From the NCBI GenBank assembly GCA_043797665.1, contig JAZDPL010000001.1, positions 1-25,836 on the forward strand: DNA of 25,836 bases. Reading direction: 5' to 3'. The stretch comes from Candidatus Omnitrophota bacterium (GTDB taxonomy: Bacteria > Ratteibacteria > UBA8468 > MWAK01). Under the pieces are notes generated by a model that was not told where the DNA came from, made no database searches, and saw only the letters and a program-made list of their open reading frames with translations. Both the position numbers and the translations under genes were made by a program. Below, in pieces: positions 1-9,100 of the stretch (the stretch's first letter is position 1; each line of letters opens with the position of its first letter).

Positions 1-178
1 TTTCGGTCAGAACCTTCCCGCCCTGGCTGTCAGAGATAATTTCTACCGCGCCGGTCTGCTCGGAGATGACCGCCGAGAGGTTAGGACCGGTAAGCATTGC
101 GGCGGAAACGCCGGCGGAAAAAACAAAAGAGACGAAAACGGTAAATAATGTTCCCGGCATGATATTTCTCAATTTCAT
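1..178 (-). CDS. 5' part of a secreted protein (runs off the window edge); apparent paralog of the 1163-aa protein at 6185-9676
   Basis: Not in the ORF track. Hand translation from ATG at 178, preceded by SD-like AAGGGGG: MKLRNIMPGTLFTVFVSFVFSAGVSAAMLTGPNLSAVISEQTGAVEIISDSQGGKVLTE, open to the edge. Signal-peptide-like N-terminus; the mature start resembles ITLYGKEMTAVLSDTTGQVISISDAVGARVL of the 1163-aa protein. Confidence 0.8.
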   Translation of the reverse strand, partial: MKLRNIMPGTLFTVFVSFVFSAGVSAAMLTGPNLSAVISEQTGAVEIISDSQGGKVLTE

Positions 179-209
179 GGTACCCCCTTGACTGACAACA
201 GATTTGCGG

Positions 210-986
210 CTATTTAAGACCTTCGTAACGGACCGAAATAAAACGGATGGTAATCTCATCGGGACTCAGTGCCCGGTTGTAGATACGCAACTGGTCTATC
301 AACGTTTTTGAATCGTTCGCAACAAAATAACTCCCGCCGACGAATATTTCACCCTTATTCAATTCCTCCGGAGGCGGGGGGCATCCGAGCGGGACCTGAC
401 CGCCGGGTTGTCCGTCAATGTAAAGGGCTACTCCCTTATCCGACCAGGTTACCGCAACATAATGCCAGACGTCCGGCACCCAGTTCTTTCCCATGGGGAC
501 GGCCATGAAAGTATTCTTCGATTGCCCTTCAGTTCCCATAATGAAATAGATGGAAGCCGCTTCCGAGTGCTTATAGAGGATAAAACTCCACGGCCCTCCA
601 TAGATACGTATAAAGTGATGAAATGCATTGTCTTCCTTGTTCCAGTCCACCGGCTTGACCCACATCTCCATGGTACCTTCCCTGGCGTTGATGTTGCCGT
701 CAGCCTTATACCGGAACCAGTCGGCATGGCTTATGACCGCCGCCTGCCCGACCTTGCCCTCGACAAAAGCGGGCTTACCGACCAAAGTAACTTCGCTGCT
801 GCCTTTGGCGATTGCCGGAACGCCGCTCCCGTCAAACGGCAGGTAAAACAACACGTCTTTGTCTCCGGCCGCTTGGGATTCCTGGGCAAACAAATCCGGC
901 CGGAAGATGCCGGCCGCCGCACAAAAAAAGACCGCCACCGCAATAATTGAGAAAATTCTCCCGCCCAAATCATGTAACGCCTTCAT
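210..986 (-). CDS. Secreted LamG / concanavalin A-like jelly-roll domain protein
   Basis: 258 aa; hydrophobic signal region; LamG-like motifs LFYLPFDG, EGTMEMWVKP, WHYVAVTW, LYIDG, IDQLRIYNRALSPDEI; SD AAGGAGG upstream. Confidence 0.85.
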   Translation of the reverse strand: MKALHDLGGRIFSIIAVAVFFCAAAGIFRPDLFAQESQAAGDKDVLFYLPFDGSGVPAIAKGSSEVTLVGKPAFVEGKVGQAAVISHADWFRYKADGNINAREGTMEMWVKPVDWNKEDNAFHHFIRIYGGPWSFILYKHSEAASIYFIMGTEGQSKNTFMAVPMGKNWVPDVWHYVAVTWSDKGVALYIDGQPGGQVPLGCPPPPEELNKGEIFVGGSYFVANDSKTLIDQLRIYNRALSPDEITIRFISVRYEGLK

Positions 987-1033
987 GAGCCTCCTTTATA
1001 AAATACCCCTTTGCCGATTATCAAAATTCTCGC

Positions 1034-2143
1034 CTATCTCCCCTCGCAGATACGCCGTTTTGCCTCCAGGTAGTATAACCAGTTCCGGTAGGAAACGTCC
1101 GGCGGCGCAAGGTGGTCCAACTGGGGCAGGTAACCGCCGTCTTCAAGCAATTCCGGCAGTTTGGAAAGGAGTTCCCGGTCAATCTCTTCTTTTCCTTTTG
1201 TCAGGGCGCGCTTGTCTATGCCGCCCCAGAGGCGAAGGTCCCGGCCGTATTCCCGGCGCAGGGCCGCCGGGTGCATCTCCTCCTTGCATTGCTCCAGGGG
1301 ATAGAGACAGTTGATGCCGGATTGAATCAAGAGGGGGATGACCGCCCTGGGGTCGCCGTCGGTGTCAATGAAAATGACCTCCACGCCTTTTTTCTTCAGG
1401 AATTCGTTTGCCCGAAAATAACCCGGCAACAGGAATTCCTTGAAGATAGCCGGGGAGACAAGAGGACCGTTCTTGAAGGAAAAGTCCTCCCACCACATGA
1501 AGTAGTCGATCCGCACTTCACTCAGCGCCGGCTCCGTCAGTTCCAGGGTAAATTCAACGATAAACTCCACCATCTCGCGTGCCAGCGCCGGGTCGTCGTA
1601 GAAGATGGTGCAGGCGTTCTCCGTTCCCATCCAGGTGCGAATCATGGAATAGAGCCCGACGGAACCGAGGCCGGGCCCCCAGACGATGTCTTCTCCCTGC
1701 CGGATGGAAGCGACTATCTTCTTCCAGTCGGCCGGGTAGCGTTCCGGGTTTTTCGGGTCATAGCGGCTCTTGATGGCTTGGAAATCTTGCCGGGAGTTGA
1801 CCGGGAAGGAGATAAACTGGGGCATCGCGGAACTGTTTCTGAGGGATTTCACCACCGCGCCGTTTGTGTTCCTGATGGTAATGGTGCCCTGGTCTTCGGA
1901 AAGAACCTTCTCTTCAAAATGGGGCAGAATGCCCGGGTTAAGCCCGAGGCATATCTGCTTATCCAGGCGGAAATATTCATTCCCGTTGAAGGTGAGGGTT
2001 GTCTCGTCCAGCCCGATACCGGTCGGCATGCCTTCTTTCAGCCATTGGTCCCTGGTTTCCTTCCAGCAGCCCACTTCTATCAACGGTACCCGGTCAACCG
2101 GCTCAAAGCGCATCAGCCGGTTGAACCGTTCTTTGTTGGTCAT
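1034..2143 (-). CDS. Uroporphyrinogen decarboxylase (URO-D / MtaA-CmuA-like) superfamily protein, function unknown
   Basis: 369 aa; MTNKERF...DRVP start, WEDFSFKNGPLVSP, DTDG, GGIDK, GGYLPQLDHLAPPDV. Lacks the HemE RQAGR motif. Confidence 0.85.
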   Translation of the reverse strand: MTNKERFNRLMRFEPVDRVPLIEVGCWKETRDQWLKEGMPTGIGLDETTLTFNGNEYFRLDKQICLGLNPGILPHFEEKVLSEDQGTITIRNTNGAVVKSLRNSSAMPQFISFPVNSRQDFQAIKSRYDPKNPERYPADWKKIVASIRQGEDIVWGPGLGSVGLYSMIRTWMGTENACTIFYDDPALAREMVEFIVEFTLELTEPALSEVRIDYFMWWEDFSFKNGPLVSPAIFKEFLLPGYFRANEFLKKKGVEVIFIDTDGDPRAVIPLLIQSGINCLYPLEQCKEEMHPAALRREYGRDLRLWGGIDKRALTKGKEEIDRELLSKLPELLEDGGYLPQLDHLAPPDVSYRNWLYYLEAKRRICEGR

Positions 2144-2162
2144 TTAGGTAGCATAGACCGTG

Positions 2163-2882
2163 TTAATTCTGCTTGGTGTACTTAGTCCAATCCGCAAAGA
2201 AGTTACTCACGGAAAGCCACTGGGCGTGTCCGTCGGCAAAGACAAAGCAGAAACCATTGCTATGCCGTGCTGACATCCTGTTATACTTAAAAACCTCTGC
2301 TGTATGAAAAGAATCATTAACACCGTCTAAATCCTGGTCAACGGTTGGAGCGTAGTTATCAATCGCGTACCACCCGTAGGTATCGCCGATCATAACCGTG
2401 TCCGGCGTCATCCTGGTGAGTTTCTTTTGAGGGAAGCCATAAGCGGGAATGGTAAATGGACCGACATTGCCGCTCACGCCAACACCGCCTTCGAAGTCAC
2501 AAAGGGCTCCGTAGCATTGCCCTGGGGCTTGGGGTGCAGACGGACATTTCATCCAGTTGTAACCAAAAGTCAACTGAGCCGATGTCCCATAGCCCGGTGT
2601 GTTAAGGTATGGTCCGAGCTTCGCCATCCAGTAGTATGCTACGTTACTCGATTCGTCTGTCATGGGGGGTATGTAATCCTCGTTGTCGTTGCAGTACATT
2701 ATCAACGCCAGTCCCGCTTGCTTCAGGATACTGAGGCACCCGGCTTGTCTGGCTTTTGCCCTTGCCTGGCTTAGTGCCGGCAGGAGCATCGCCGCCAGGA
2801 TGGCGATGATGGCGATAACCACCAACAACTCAATCAACGTAAATCCCATTGCTTTCCTTACCGCTTTTTTTATCTTTGCCAT
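2163..2882 (-). CDS. Prepilin-type N-terminal cleavage/methylation protein with H-X9-DG C-terminus (DUF1559-like), copy 1
   Basis: 239 aa; basic leader then [39 protein letters not shown]-terminal [22 protein letters not shown] upstream. Confidence 0.92.
   Translation of the reverse strand: MAKIKKAVRKAMGFTLIELLVVIAIIAILAAMLLPALSQARAKARQAGCLSILKQAGLALIMYCNDNEDYIPPMTDESSNVAYYWMAKLGPYLNTPGYGTSAQLTFGYNWMKCPSAPQAPGQCYGALCDFEGGVGVSGNVGPFTIPAYGFPQKKLTRMTPDTVMIGDTYGWYAIDNYAPTVDQDLDGVNDSFHTAEVFKYNRMSARHSNGFCFVFADGHAQWLSVSNFFADWTKYTKQN
2785..2846. repeat. 62-bp segment identical to 5999-6060 (prepilin N-terminal helix coding region)
   Basis: Base-by-base comparison gives 62/62 with 5999-6060 and 55/62 with 25648-25709. 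Confidence 0.9.
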
Positions 2883-2903
2883 TTTATTTACCTCCGTACT
2901 TTA

Positions 2904-2953
2904 GTAGGGGTCGGATTTATCCGACCCGCGGGCTCGATGAATCGAGCCCCTAC
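2904..2953. repeat. GTAG-family REP-like double-hairpin element, copy 1
   Basis: GTAG-GGGTCGGAT-TT-ATCCGACCC-GC-GGGCTCGAT-GA-ATCGAGCCC-CTAC: two perfect 9-bp inverted repeats bracketed by GTAG/CTAC; intergenic; 46/50 identical to 12443-12492. Confidence 0.88.
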
Positions 2954-2963
2954 AATTTACCGC

Positions 2964-4010
2964 TCACTGTTTCATAGGCGCTCCTTTGGAGGATTCCCGT
3001 ATAATCAGATTCGGTTTAAGGAGTTTGGAAGTAACCTTCTCCCCTTTAATCATTTTGCGTAAGGTCTTTGCCAGTTCCTGGCCCAGCATGTAATCATTGG
3101 AATCCACGGAACTCAAGGAGGGCCTGGAGTACTCGGAGAATTCCTCGTTGCCCACGCTTATCACGGCTATGTCGTCCGGGACGCGCCGTCCGCAATCGCC
3201 TACCGCCCGCATGACGCCGAAACCGCACATATCGCAGTGCGCGAAAACCGCATCGCAGGTTCTTCTGCTCTTAAGAAACCTGGAGATGGCATTATATGAC
3301 CATTCAAAATAGGAAAATTCCGCGGGGTTGCAGTTAAAAACGAGTTTTTCATCAAAGGATATTCCTTCCTCTTTCAGCGCTTTTTTGTATCCGGCGAGCC
3401 GGAGTATCCCGATAGGATTGGAGTTAAACGTATTGGTTATGCAGGCAATCTTCCGGCGGCCTGTCTTGAGGAGATGGCTGGCGGCAAGGTACCCGGCCAT
3501 CCGGTCGTCGTGGCCGACAAAGGGACTGGTGATTTCCGGATGCAGGTTCACACCCATGCAGACAAGGCGAACCCCCCGTCGTTCCAGTTCGCCGACATAA
3601 TCTCTTATTTTTTTGCTCCAGTTCAACGTGGAAACGAGAATAGTGCCTTCAACCTTCTTGCCAAACATGAATTCCAGCGCTCTCTGCTCGCGGTCAGGGT
3701 CGTATTCAGTCGCATATACGACGATCCCGTAGTCCTCCTGTTCAAAATAGCGTTGAATACCCTGGAGCACGATTCCCTGCTTCCTGTCCAATGCGCTCGC
3801 CATAACAGCGCCGATTAATCCGGTCTTTCCGGAACGTAAACCGCGCGCCAGAAAATTGGGCCGGTAATTCAATTTCCGGACGATGTCCATAACCCGATTT
3901 TCGGTTGCGGGGCTGATCTTTATCTTCGCAGCCGTGCCGTTAATAATCCGGGAAACGGCCCCGGCGGAAACGCCGGCTTCCTTGGCTATTTTTTTCAGGG
4001 TGACATCCAT
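2964..4010 (-). CDS. LacI-family transcriptional regulator
   Basis: 348 aa; HTH VTLKKIAKEAGVSAGAVSRIIN, hinge LNYRPNFLARGLRSGKT, C-terminal RVPDDIAVIS...PSLSSV...LIIRESS. Confidence 0.95.
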   Translation of the reverse strand: MDVTLKKIAKEAGVSAGAVSRIINGTAAKIKISPATENRVMDIVRKLNYRPNFLARGLRSGKTGLIGAVMASALDRKQGIVLQGIQRYFEQEDYGIVVYATEYDPDREQRALEFMFGKKVEGTILVSTLNWSKKIRDYVGELERRGVRLVCMGVNLHPEITSPFVGHDDRMAGYLAASHLLKTGRRKIACITNTFNSNPIGILRLAGYKKALKEEGISFDEKLVFNCNPAEFSYFEWSYNAISRFLKSRRTCDAVFAHCDMCGFGVMRAVGDCGRRVPDDIAVISVGNEEFSEYSRPSLSSVDSNDYMLGQELAKTLRKMIKGEKVTSKLLKPNLIIRESSKGAPMKQ

Positions 4011-4028
4011 ATGGTTCTTCCCGGTAAG

Positions 4029-4042
4029 TATAACGTTTGAGT
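4029..4042. promoter_or_regulatory. Candidate LacI-type operator, copy 1
   Basis: tataacgtttgagt, 13/14 identical to 6099-6112; imperfect palindrome around a CG; lies between the predicted -10 and the lacI ATG. Confidence 0.6.
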
Positions 4043-4052
4043 ATCAGTTATA

Positions 4053-4081
4053 ATATTAGAACTTTTTCCAGGAATTGTCAA
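4053..4081 (-). promoter_or_regulatory. Sigma70-type promoter for the LacI gene
   Basis: Minus strand TTGACA (4081-4076), 17-nt spacer, TAATAT (4058-4053), in the 110-bp gap upstream of lacI. Confidence 0.78.
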
Positions 4082-4120
4082 GCCGTCAGGGTTCTTTCCT
4101 TTCGGGTTGCTTCTTTTCTC

Positions 4121-5338
4121 TTAACTTCTATCGTGCGGGCCTATCCAGACCTTGCCTTCTTCATCAAAACGCCAGCCCGGGGTCCTCACGGATAATTCGT
4201 TCTTCCCCCGATTCTCCTCCACCTGCCTGGTGGTCTCTTCCCAACTGCATATGCCGCTGACCGCATCCAGGACACGGACGTTCTGGGCTCCCACGGTGCA
4301 GGCATATTTCAAGCTCATCTCTATGGTCTTTCCTTTCAGATAGGCGGCCAGAAAACCGGCGATGGCGGAATCACCGGACCCGGTGGCGCTGGCTATTTCC
4401 GATACATGGTAACTCGGTTCCCAGAGTTCGCGTCCAGCCCAGTTGTCCAAATCCGGGAATCCGCCGGAACAAATCAGAGAAAGCTCTTCTCTAACGGCCG
4501 TCCTCACATAAAACCCTCTGTAACCGCATTTGATGCCGGCAATTCTTGCGCCCAACCCGAGCATCTTACCGGAAAGCCGCGTCAAATCTTCGCCCTCAAA
4601 CCGGCTCAGGAGATCTTTGCCTTCCGCGGACTTCAACTTCCGGAGGAATTCCTCCTTCTCCAGCATATACAACATCTCTTCAGCACTCGGGAAGAAGATA
4701 TCCACGTAAGGAAGCACCTTCTCCAAGACGGTACGCCAGTCAACCTTCCCGGAAGGGCTGTCCGGGTCGGGCAGGGAAACATCCAGTGATGTAACAACGC
4801 CCAGTTCCCTGGCCTTTTTATAAATCCTCGCCAGCTGGTCTCCGTCGTTTTCATACAAACGGCGCATCAAAGGCGGGTAACCCAGATGAAAGATTTTGGC
4901 TTTTCCCACGATGTCGAAATTTATGTCTTCATACCCGAATGTGTTATTGGCGCCGGGGTTGTGGAGAAAGACGCGGTCTATCCCCGGAGGAGCAACCACG
5001 ATGGTATAAGAAGTATTCTCTCCCCGGGCGATTCTCATGCCTTCGGCCGCTGCATGGTCGCTCAGTTTTTCAAGAACAATCCTGCCGAAATCGTCGTCGC
5101 CCACTTTTCCCATGAATTCCACCCTGGCTCCCAGCCGGTGGAGAGCCAGGCCGGTGTTAGAGACAGGGCCTCCCGTGGAAATGGCCGCCTCTTCCACATT
5201 GACCAGTTTTCCCGGTTTGAAAAGCTCCTCGATGCGCTTCCCTCCGCTGCCGGGAAATTTAGGAATAATATCCAGGCAGATATGACCGGCCGCCGCTACA
5301 TCACTATCTCTTTCCGCCACGAGTTTCTCCTTACTCAT
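4121..5338 (-). CDS. PfkB / ribokinase-family carbohydrate kinase
   Basis: 405 aa; AGHICLDI, GGPVSNTGLALHRLG, GKVGDDDFG, C-terminal anion-hole motif ATGSGDSAIAGF. Confidence 0.92.
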   Translation of the reverse strand: MSKEKLVAERDSDVAAAGHICLDIIPKFPGSGGKRIEELFKPGKLVNVEEAAISTGGPVSNTGLALHRLGARVEFMGKVGDDDFGRIVLEKLSDHAAAEGMRIARGENTSYTIVVAPPGIDRVFLHNPGANNTFGYEDINFDIVGKAKIFHLGYPPLMRRLYENDGDQLARIYKKARELGVVTSLDVSLPDPDSPSGKVDWRTVLEKVLPYVDIFFPSAEEMLYMLEKEEFLRKLKSAEGKDLLSRFEGEDLTRLSGKMLGLGARIAGIKCGYRGFYVRTAVREELSLICSGGFPDLDNWAGRELWEPSYHVSEIASATGSGDSAIAGFLAAYLKGKTIEMSLKYACTVGAQNVRVLDAVSGICSWEETTRQVEENRGKNELSVRTPGWRFDEEGKVWIGPHDRS

Positions 5339-5418
5339 TGGTTGTTCTGCGAAGGGGCGGTGGAATTCTAACTCTCGTCGTGATAGACAACTACGATATC
5401 GGCTTCGTGTCAGAAGAA

Positions 5419-6072
5419 TCAGTACGTCGTGTACTTGGCCCAGTTTGGGAAAAGTTCGGCTTTACCGAGCCGTTCCGCGTGGCCGTCGGCAAAGACAAAA
5501 CAGAAGCCGTCGCTGTGCCGGGGTTCCATGTAGTTGTATTTGTAGCCGGCACTGGAATTGACGGAATCATTGATACCGTCACCATCCTGGTCAGCCCCCA
5601 ACACATAGGTTAAGATTGCATAACCGTGCGAGTCGCCTATCAGGATGGTATAGGATTTCAGGTTTCCCAGTTTTATCAGGGGGAAAGTATCCGCGACAAG
5701 CGGGCCGGCACCGGAACCCTCGCTGAACAGCGCGCCGTAGGACTGGCCGTTACCCTTGGGCGCGGAGGGACATTTCATCCAGTTGTAACCGACGTATTTC
5801 CCGGACGGAGCCGAAATGTACCCCCTGATAGCGTACATCCAGTAATCGTTTAGAGAACCCCCGGCGCCGTAATACATAGCCGGCAGGTAGTCCTCGTTGT
5901 CGTTGCAGTACATTATCATCGCCAGTCCGGCCTGTTTTAAGTTGGCAAGGCAGTTTGCCTGCCTGGCCTTTGCCCTTGCCTGGGAAAGAGCCGGCAAAAG
6001 CATCGCCGCCAGGATGGCGATGATGGCGATAACCACCAACAACTCAATCAACGTAAATCCGCGTTTCTTCAT
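5419..6072 (-). CDS. Prepilin-type N-terminal cleavage/methylation protein with H-X9-DG C-terminus (DUF1559-like), copy 2
   Basis: 217 aa; [62 protein letters not shown]. Confidence 0.92.
   Translation of the reverse strand: MKKRGFTLIELLVVIAIIAILAAMLLPALSQARAKARQANCLANLKQAGLAMIMYCNDNEDYLPAMYYGAGGSLNDYWMYAIRGYISAPSGKYVGYNWMKCPSAPKGNGQSYGALFSEGSGAGPLVADTFPLIKLGNLKSYTILIGDSHGYAILTYVLGADQDGDGINDSVNSSAGYKYNYMEPRHSDGFCFVFADGHAERLGKAELFPNWAKYTTY
5999..6060. repeat. 62-bp segment identical to 2785-2846
   Basis: Direct comparison, 62/62 identical including third codon positions. Confidence 0.9.
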
Positions 6073-6098
6073 TAGGCAACTCCTTTCACATAACTACA

Positions 6099-6112
6099 TA
6101 TATCGTTTGAGT
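6099..6112. promoter_or_regulatory. Candidate LacI-type operator, copy 2
   Basis: tatatcgtttgagt, 13/14 identical to 4029-4042; lies between the predicted -10 and the SD of prepilin copy 2. Confidence 0.6.
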
Positions 6113-6136
6113 TGTTACCCCTAACCTGATATTTTT

Positions 6137-6166
6137 AGTATAGAACTTTTTTTCTTTATTTGTCAA
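6137..6166 (-). promoter_or_regulatory. Sigma70-type promoter for prepilin copy 2 and the PfkB kinase
   Basis: Minus strand TTGACA (6166-6161), 18-nt spacer, TATACT (6142-6137); shares AAAAAGTTCTA with the lacI promoter. Confidence 0.78.
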
Positions 6167-6184
6167 TTGACTGTTCTCTTTACT

Positions 6185-9100
6185 TTACTTTACTTCCCCG
6201 GAAAAGACCATGTCGCCGAATCCGGCCGGGTCGTTCCAGGCGCCGTTGGTCCAGACCGACGCCTCCCCGGTGATGTCGGCGCGCATGAAGGTAACACCCC
6301 AGATGTCACCCGGCTTTGGTTTCTTGCCAAAGTTATTGAAAGGCAGTTTCATCTCGCACATCCAGCCGACGTTGTAGTTGAGCCCGGTTTTAACCTCATA
6401 TTCTCCGTTCCACTTCATGTCCCATCCGGTTTCGGAGTTCTTGATGTCCGCGACCGTGCCGGCAGTGTCAATTCCGATTTCATAATAGTTGGTCATGTCC
6501 CGGTAAGGGTCAATAAAGATATGGCAGTGGTCGGAAAGCCAGACCTTGGCTTCCGGCACTTTTGCGTCTTCAAGATTTATGATGGGCTCCAGATTGTCAA
6601 AGAGCATGTACAGGTTGTCATCATCATAGCACAACCTGACCAGCGCCTTGGAACCGGCAAGCGCATCCTTGCCGTACAGGAAGAAATCGGTCGCCACCTC
6701 GCAGTTCTTCCAGCAGGCGTCGTTTCCGTATCCGTCAATAACCGGCGGAGTTTTGGTGCGGCAGACGGTCAGTTTGCGCTTAAGTTCTTTTATTTTGACT
6801 ATGTCTCCCTCTCTGGCAGACAGCAGATGTATGTCGGCGATATTCATCTCTTTACCCCCGGCCGGATAGAAAATAAGACCCATATAGGTAGTTGCATCCC
6901 ATTTCTTCACCGTAGTGGACGGGGTCATCTGGTCTTTGTAGACGTTGAACTCTTTCCATCCGGCAAAAGCATCTTTGATTTCATAGGTCCAATTGTCCCC
7001 GGCAGCCAGACGAACTATCGCCTTGCCTCCGCTCTTTTCACCTTTCACCTTGATGCTGAAGCCGCCGGCTTCTTCCTTCTGCGTCATATAGGCATCTATC
7101 GAACCGCCGCCCGGGCTTATCTCTTTAAGCGCCAGACAGCTCTTGCCGTCTTCCTGGTAGGCGCGGTGGTCAAGGTTGTGGTAGAAGAGCCGGTGGCTGG
7201 TTTCAGTCCAGTAATCGGAACCGGGGTTTGCGTAGGCGGCTTTGGGAAGTTCTGCAAAATTGGGTTTTGCATCGGAAATCCGGACGGCTGACTTACCCTT
7301 GGTGAGGTCAAGAAGAATGAACTTGTTGTTTAAGATTTCTGTCAGCGCGACTTTGGCTTGCCTGCCGTTTATCTCTGTCTTAACCCCTTTCCAGTCCTGG
7401 GGGACATAAGCAAGGACCTGGGCGGTGTTATTGCTGTTCTGAACCGAGAGGTTATAAAAAGGAGCGTCTGCCGGTAAGAAGCCGGTTATCTTTACTCCTT
7501 TATTTTCAGGCAGAAGGAAAGAGGTACGTTCTCCGTTGAAGGTATAAACCCAGCCCGGTACCTGGGTGATAGTGTGATAGTAATTGTGCAGGGGCTCCAT
7601 CTCCATGGTGTGGGTATACTTCGCCGGCGGGTTCTTGACAACGCCAAAACTGATGGTTCGGAGGTAGTCCACCTTCCAGGGAATCGGCTTGAATACATCC
7701 ACCATTTCGGTTGAGGAGAGCAGAGAATCAAAGGTAAAGAGGTAATTGCCCTTTTTGTACTTCAGGTCTGCGGTATTCAGGGAAATTTTCTGGTCACCGC
7801 CTGTGTCTCCGTGCAAGAGGGCGGGGATTACCAGTGCCTCGCCCTTGTCCATCGGTTCAATCTCCAGTTTGTCGGTCTGAAGTTTCCACCAGGAAGGATA
7901 GACAGAGACATCGCTGGCTGTCATCTCCAGCATTTCGTCTATCACCTTCTCGTGGGCCAAACTGTGGGAAACGTCCCGCCACCAGTTGGTTGCGTTCCTG
8001 ATCCAGCCCCGCATCCCGGTCTGGCCATTTCTGATGCCGTAGATTCCCCTGGTTCCGTAGCAGAGGTTAACCCAGACACCGGGCCGGTTAGTGCGGTACA
8101 GGATACCCAGGGAACCCGGGACTGCCAGCGTTCTCCAATCCTTTTTCTCCCAGCGGTCCGGCTGCTGGCACTCCATGTAACTGCCGTGCGACCACAAGGC
8201 ATCAGTCCCGGAGACGTTCTGAATGATTGCCGCATCGTTCTTTTCAAATATCTTCCCCAGTTCATCGTAAAATTTTGCGTTCTCATAACTCTGGACTACG
8301 TTCTTTGTCTTCCAGTTAATACCCTCGGACACACCCGAATCGATGTGTATCCAGTCAAAACCCAGGTCGGTTATGTAATGGCTCAACTGGTTCAGAAGGT
8401 ACTCGCGATAGCCGCTGGAGAAATCCGGGACCCCGCCCAGTCCGGTGCCGTCTCCGCCGAACTGTATCTTTCCTTCCTGGTCATAGAGCATCCAGTCCTT
8501 GTGGTCATCGTAGGGAGGAGTACCGGCGGTGGGAGTGAAAGTAGCGTATCCGCCTACCTTTATCCGGGGAGAAATGGCTTTGAGCATCCTGATGTTTTCC
8601 TTGAGTTCTTCAATCGGGACCGGCTGGCTGTACCCGGTATCGGTGTAGGTGTAATATCGAAAGGTCCCCTGATAGGGGAAATCTCCCTGCACCGTCCAGT
8701 GATTGAAGAAGACCAGCAGGTATTCGTCGTCTTTGAGGAGTTTCATGAAATCGGCCACATCTTTGAGTACGCCATCCCGGTTTTTCATGAGACCTACCAT
8801 CCCGGCTCCCGGGTCGCTGATAAACATCCGGCCCTTCGGAAACCAGGTGGATACTTTGCGGCCGCGGTAATCGGAATAGGGCGGCTGACTGTAGATAAAC
8901 CGATGGTAGTCAAACGGGTCACCGCCAATCAGGGCGTACCGGGTTTCCAGGTTCAGTCCGGTCTGGTCGTTGATGAAGCCCAGGCCGATGGCGGTGATGG
9001 CGCCGCCGGGGACGAGTTTCGATTCCACGGAGGGATGGGCGTCACAATAGAAATAGCGCCCATTGACTTTATACCGGTAATGGGTGAAGACCCGGTCGCT

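Noticed and set aside
1112..2185. Long plus-strand ORFs (also 6167-7291, 7811-9166, 11265-12026, 14105-15235, 19284-20114)
   Set aside because: Each lies antisense to a well-supported minus-strand gene, has no recognisable motif, and is the expected shadow of GC3-biased coding sequence.
2904..2953. REP-like elements as CRISPR repeats or intrinsic terminators
   Set aside because: Two copies 9.5 kb apart with no spacer array or cas gene, and no U-tract after the stems on the coding strand.
5339..5418. 80-bp gap before the PfkB gene as an ncRNA or terminator
   Set aside because: Only weak pairing found and no U-tract; the lack of an SD before the PfkB ATG is noted but is not enough for a claim.
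2163..6072. Diversity-generating retroelement TR/VR pair among the prepilin or URO-D duplicates
   Set aside because: No reverse transcriptase in the window, and the differences are not adenine-specific.
6162..6195. GTCAATTGAC palindrome and (TTTAC)x3 as a divergent promoter or functional repeat
   Set aside because: The plus-strand TTGACT has no convincing -10 and would point antisense into a gene; the short repeat overlaps the stop codon and is probably chance.
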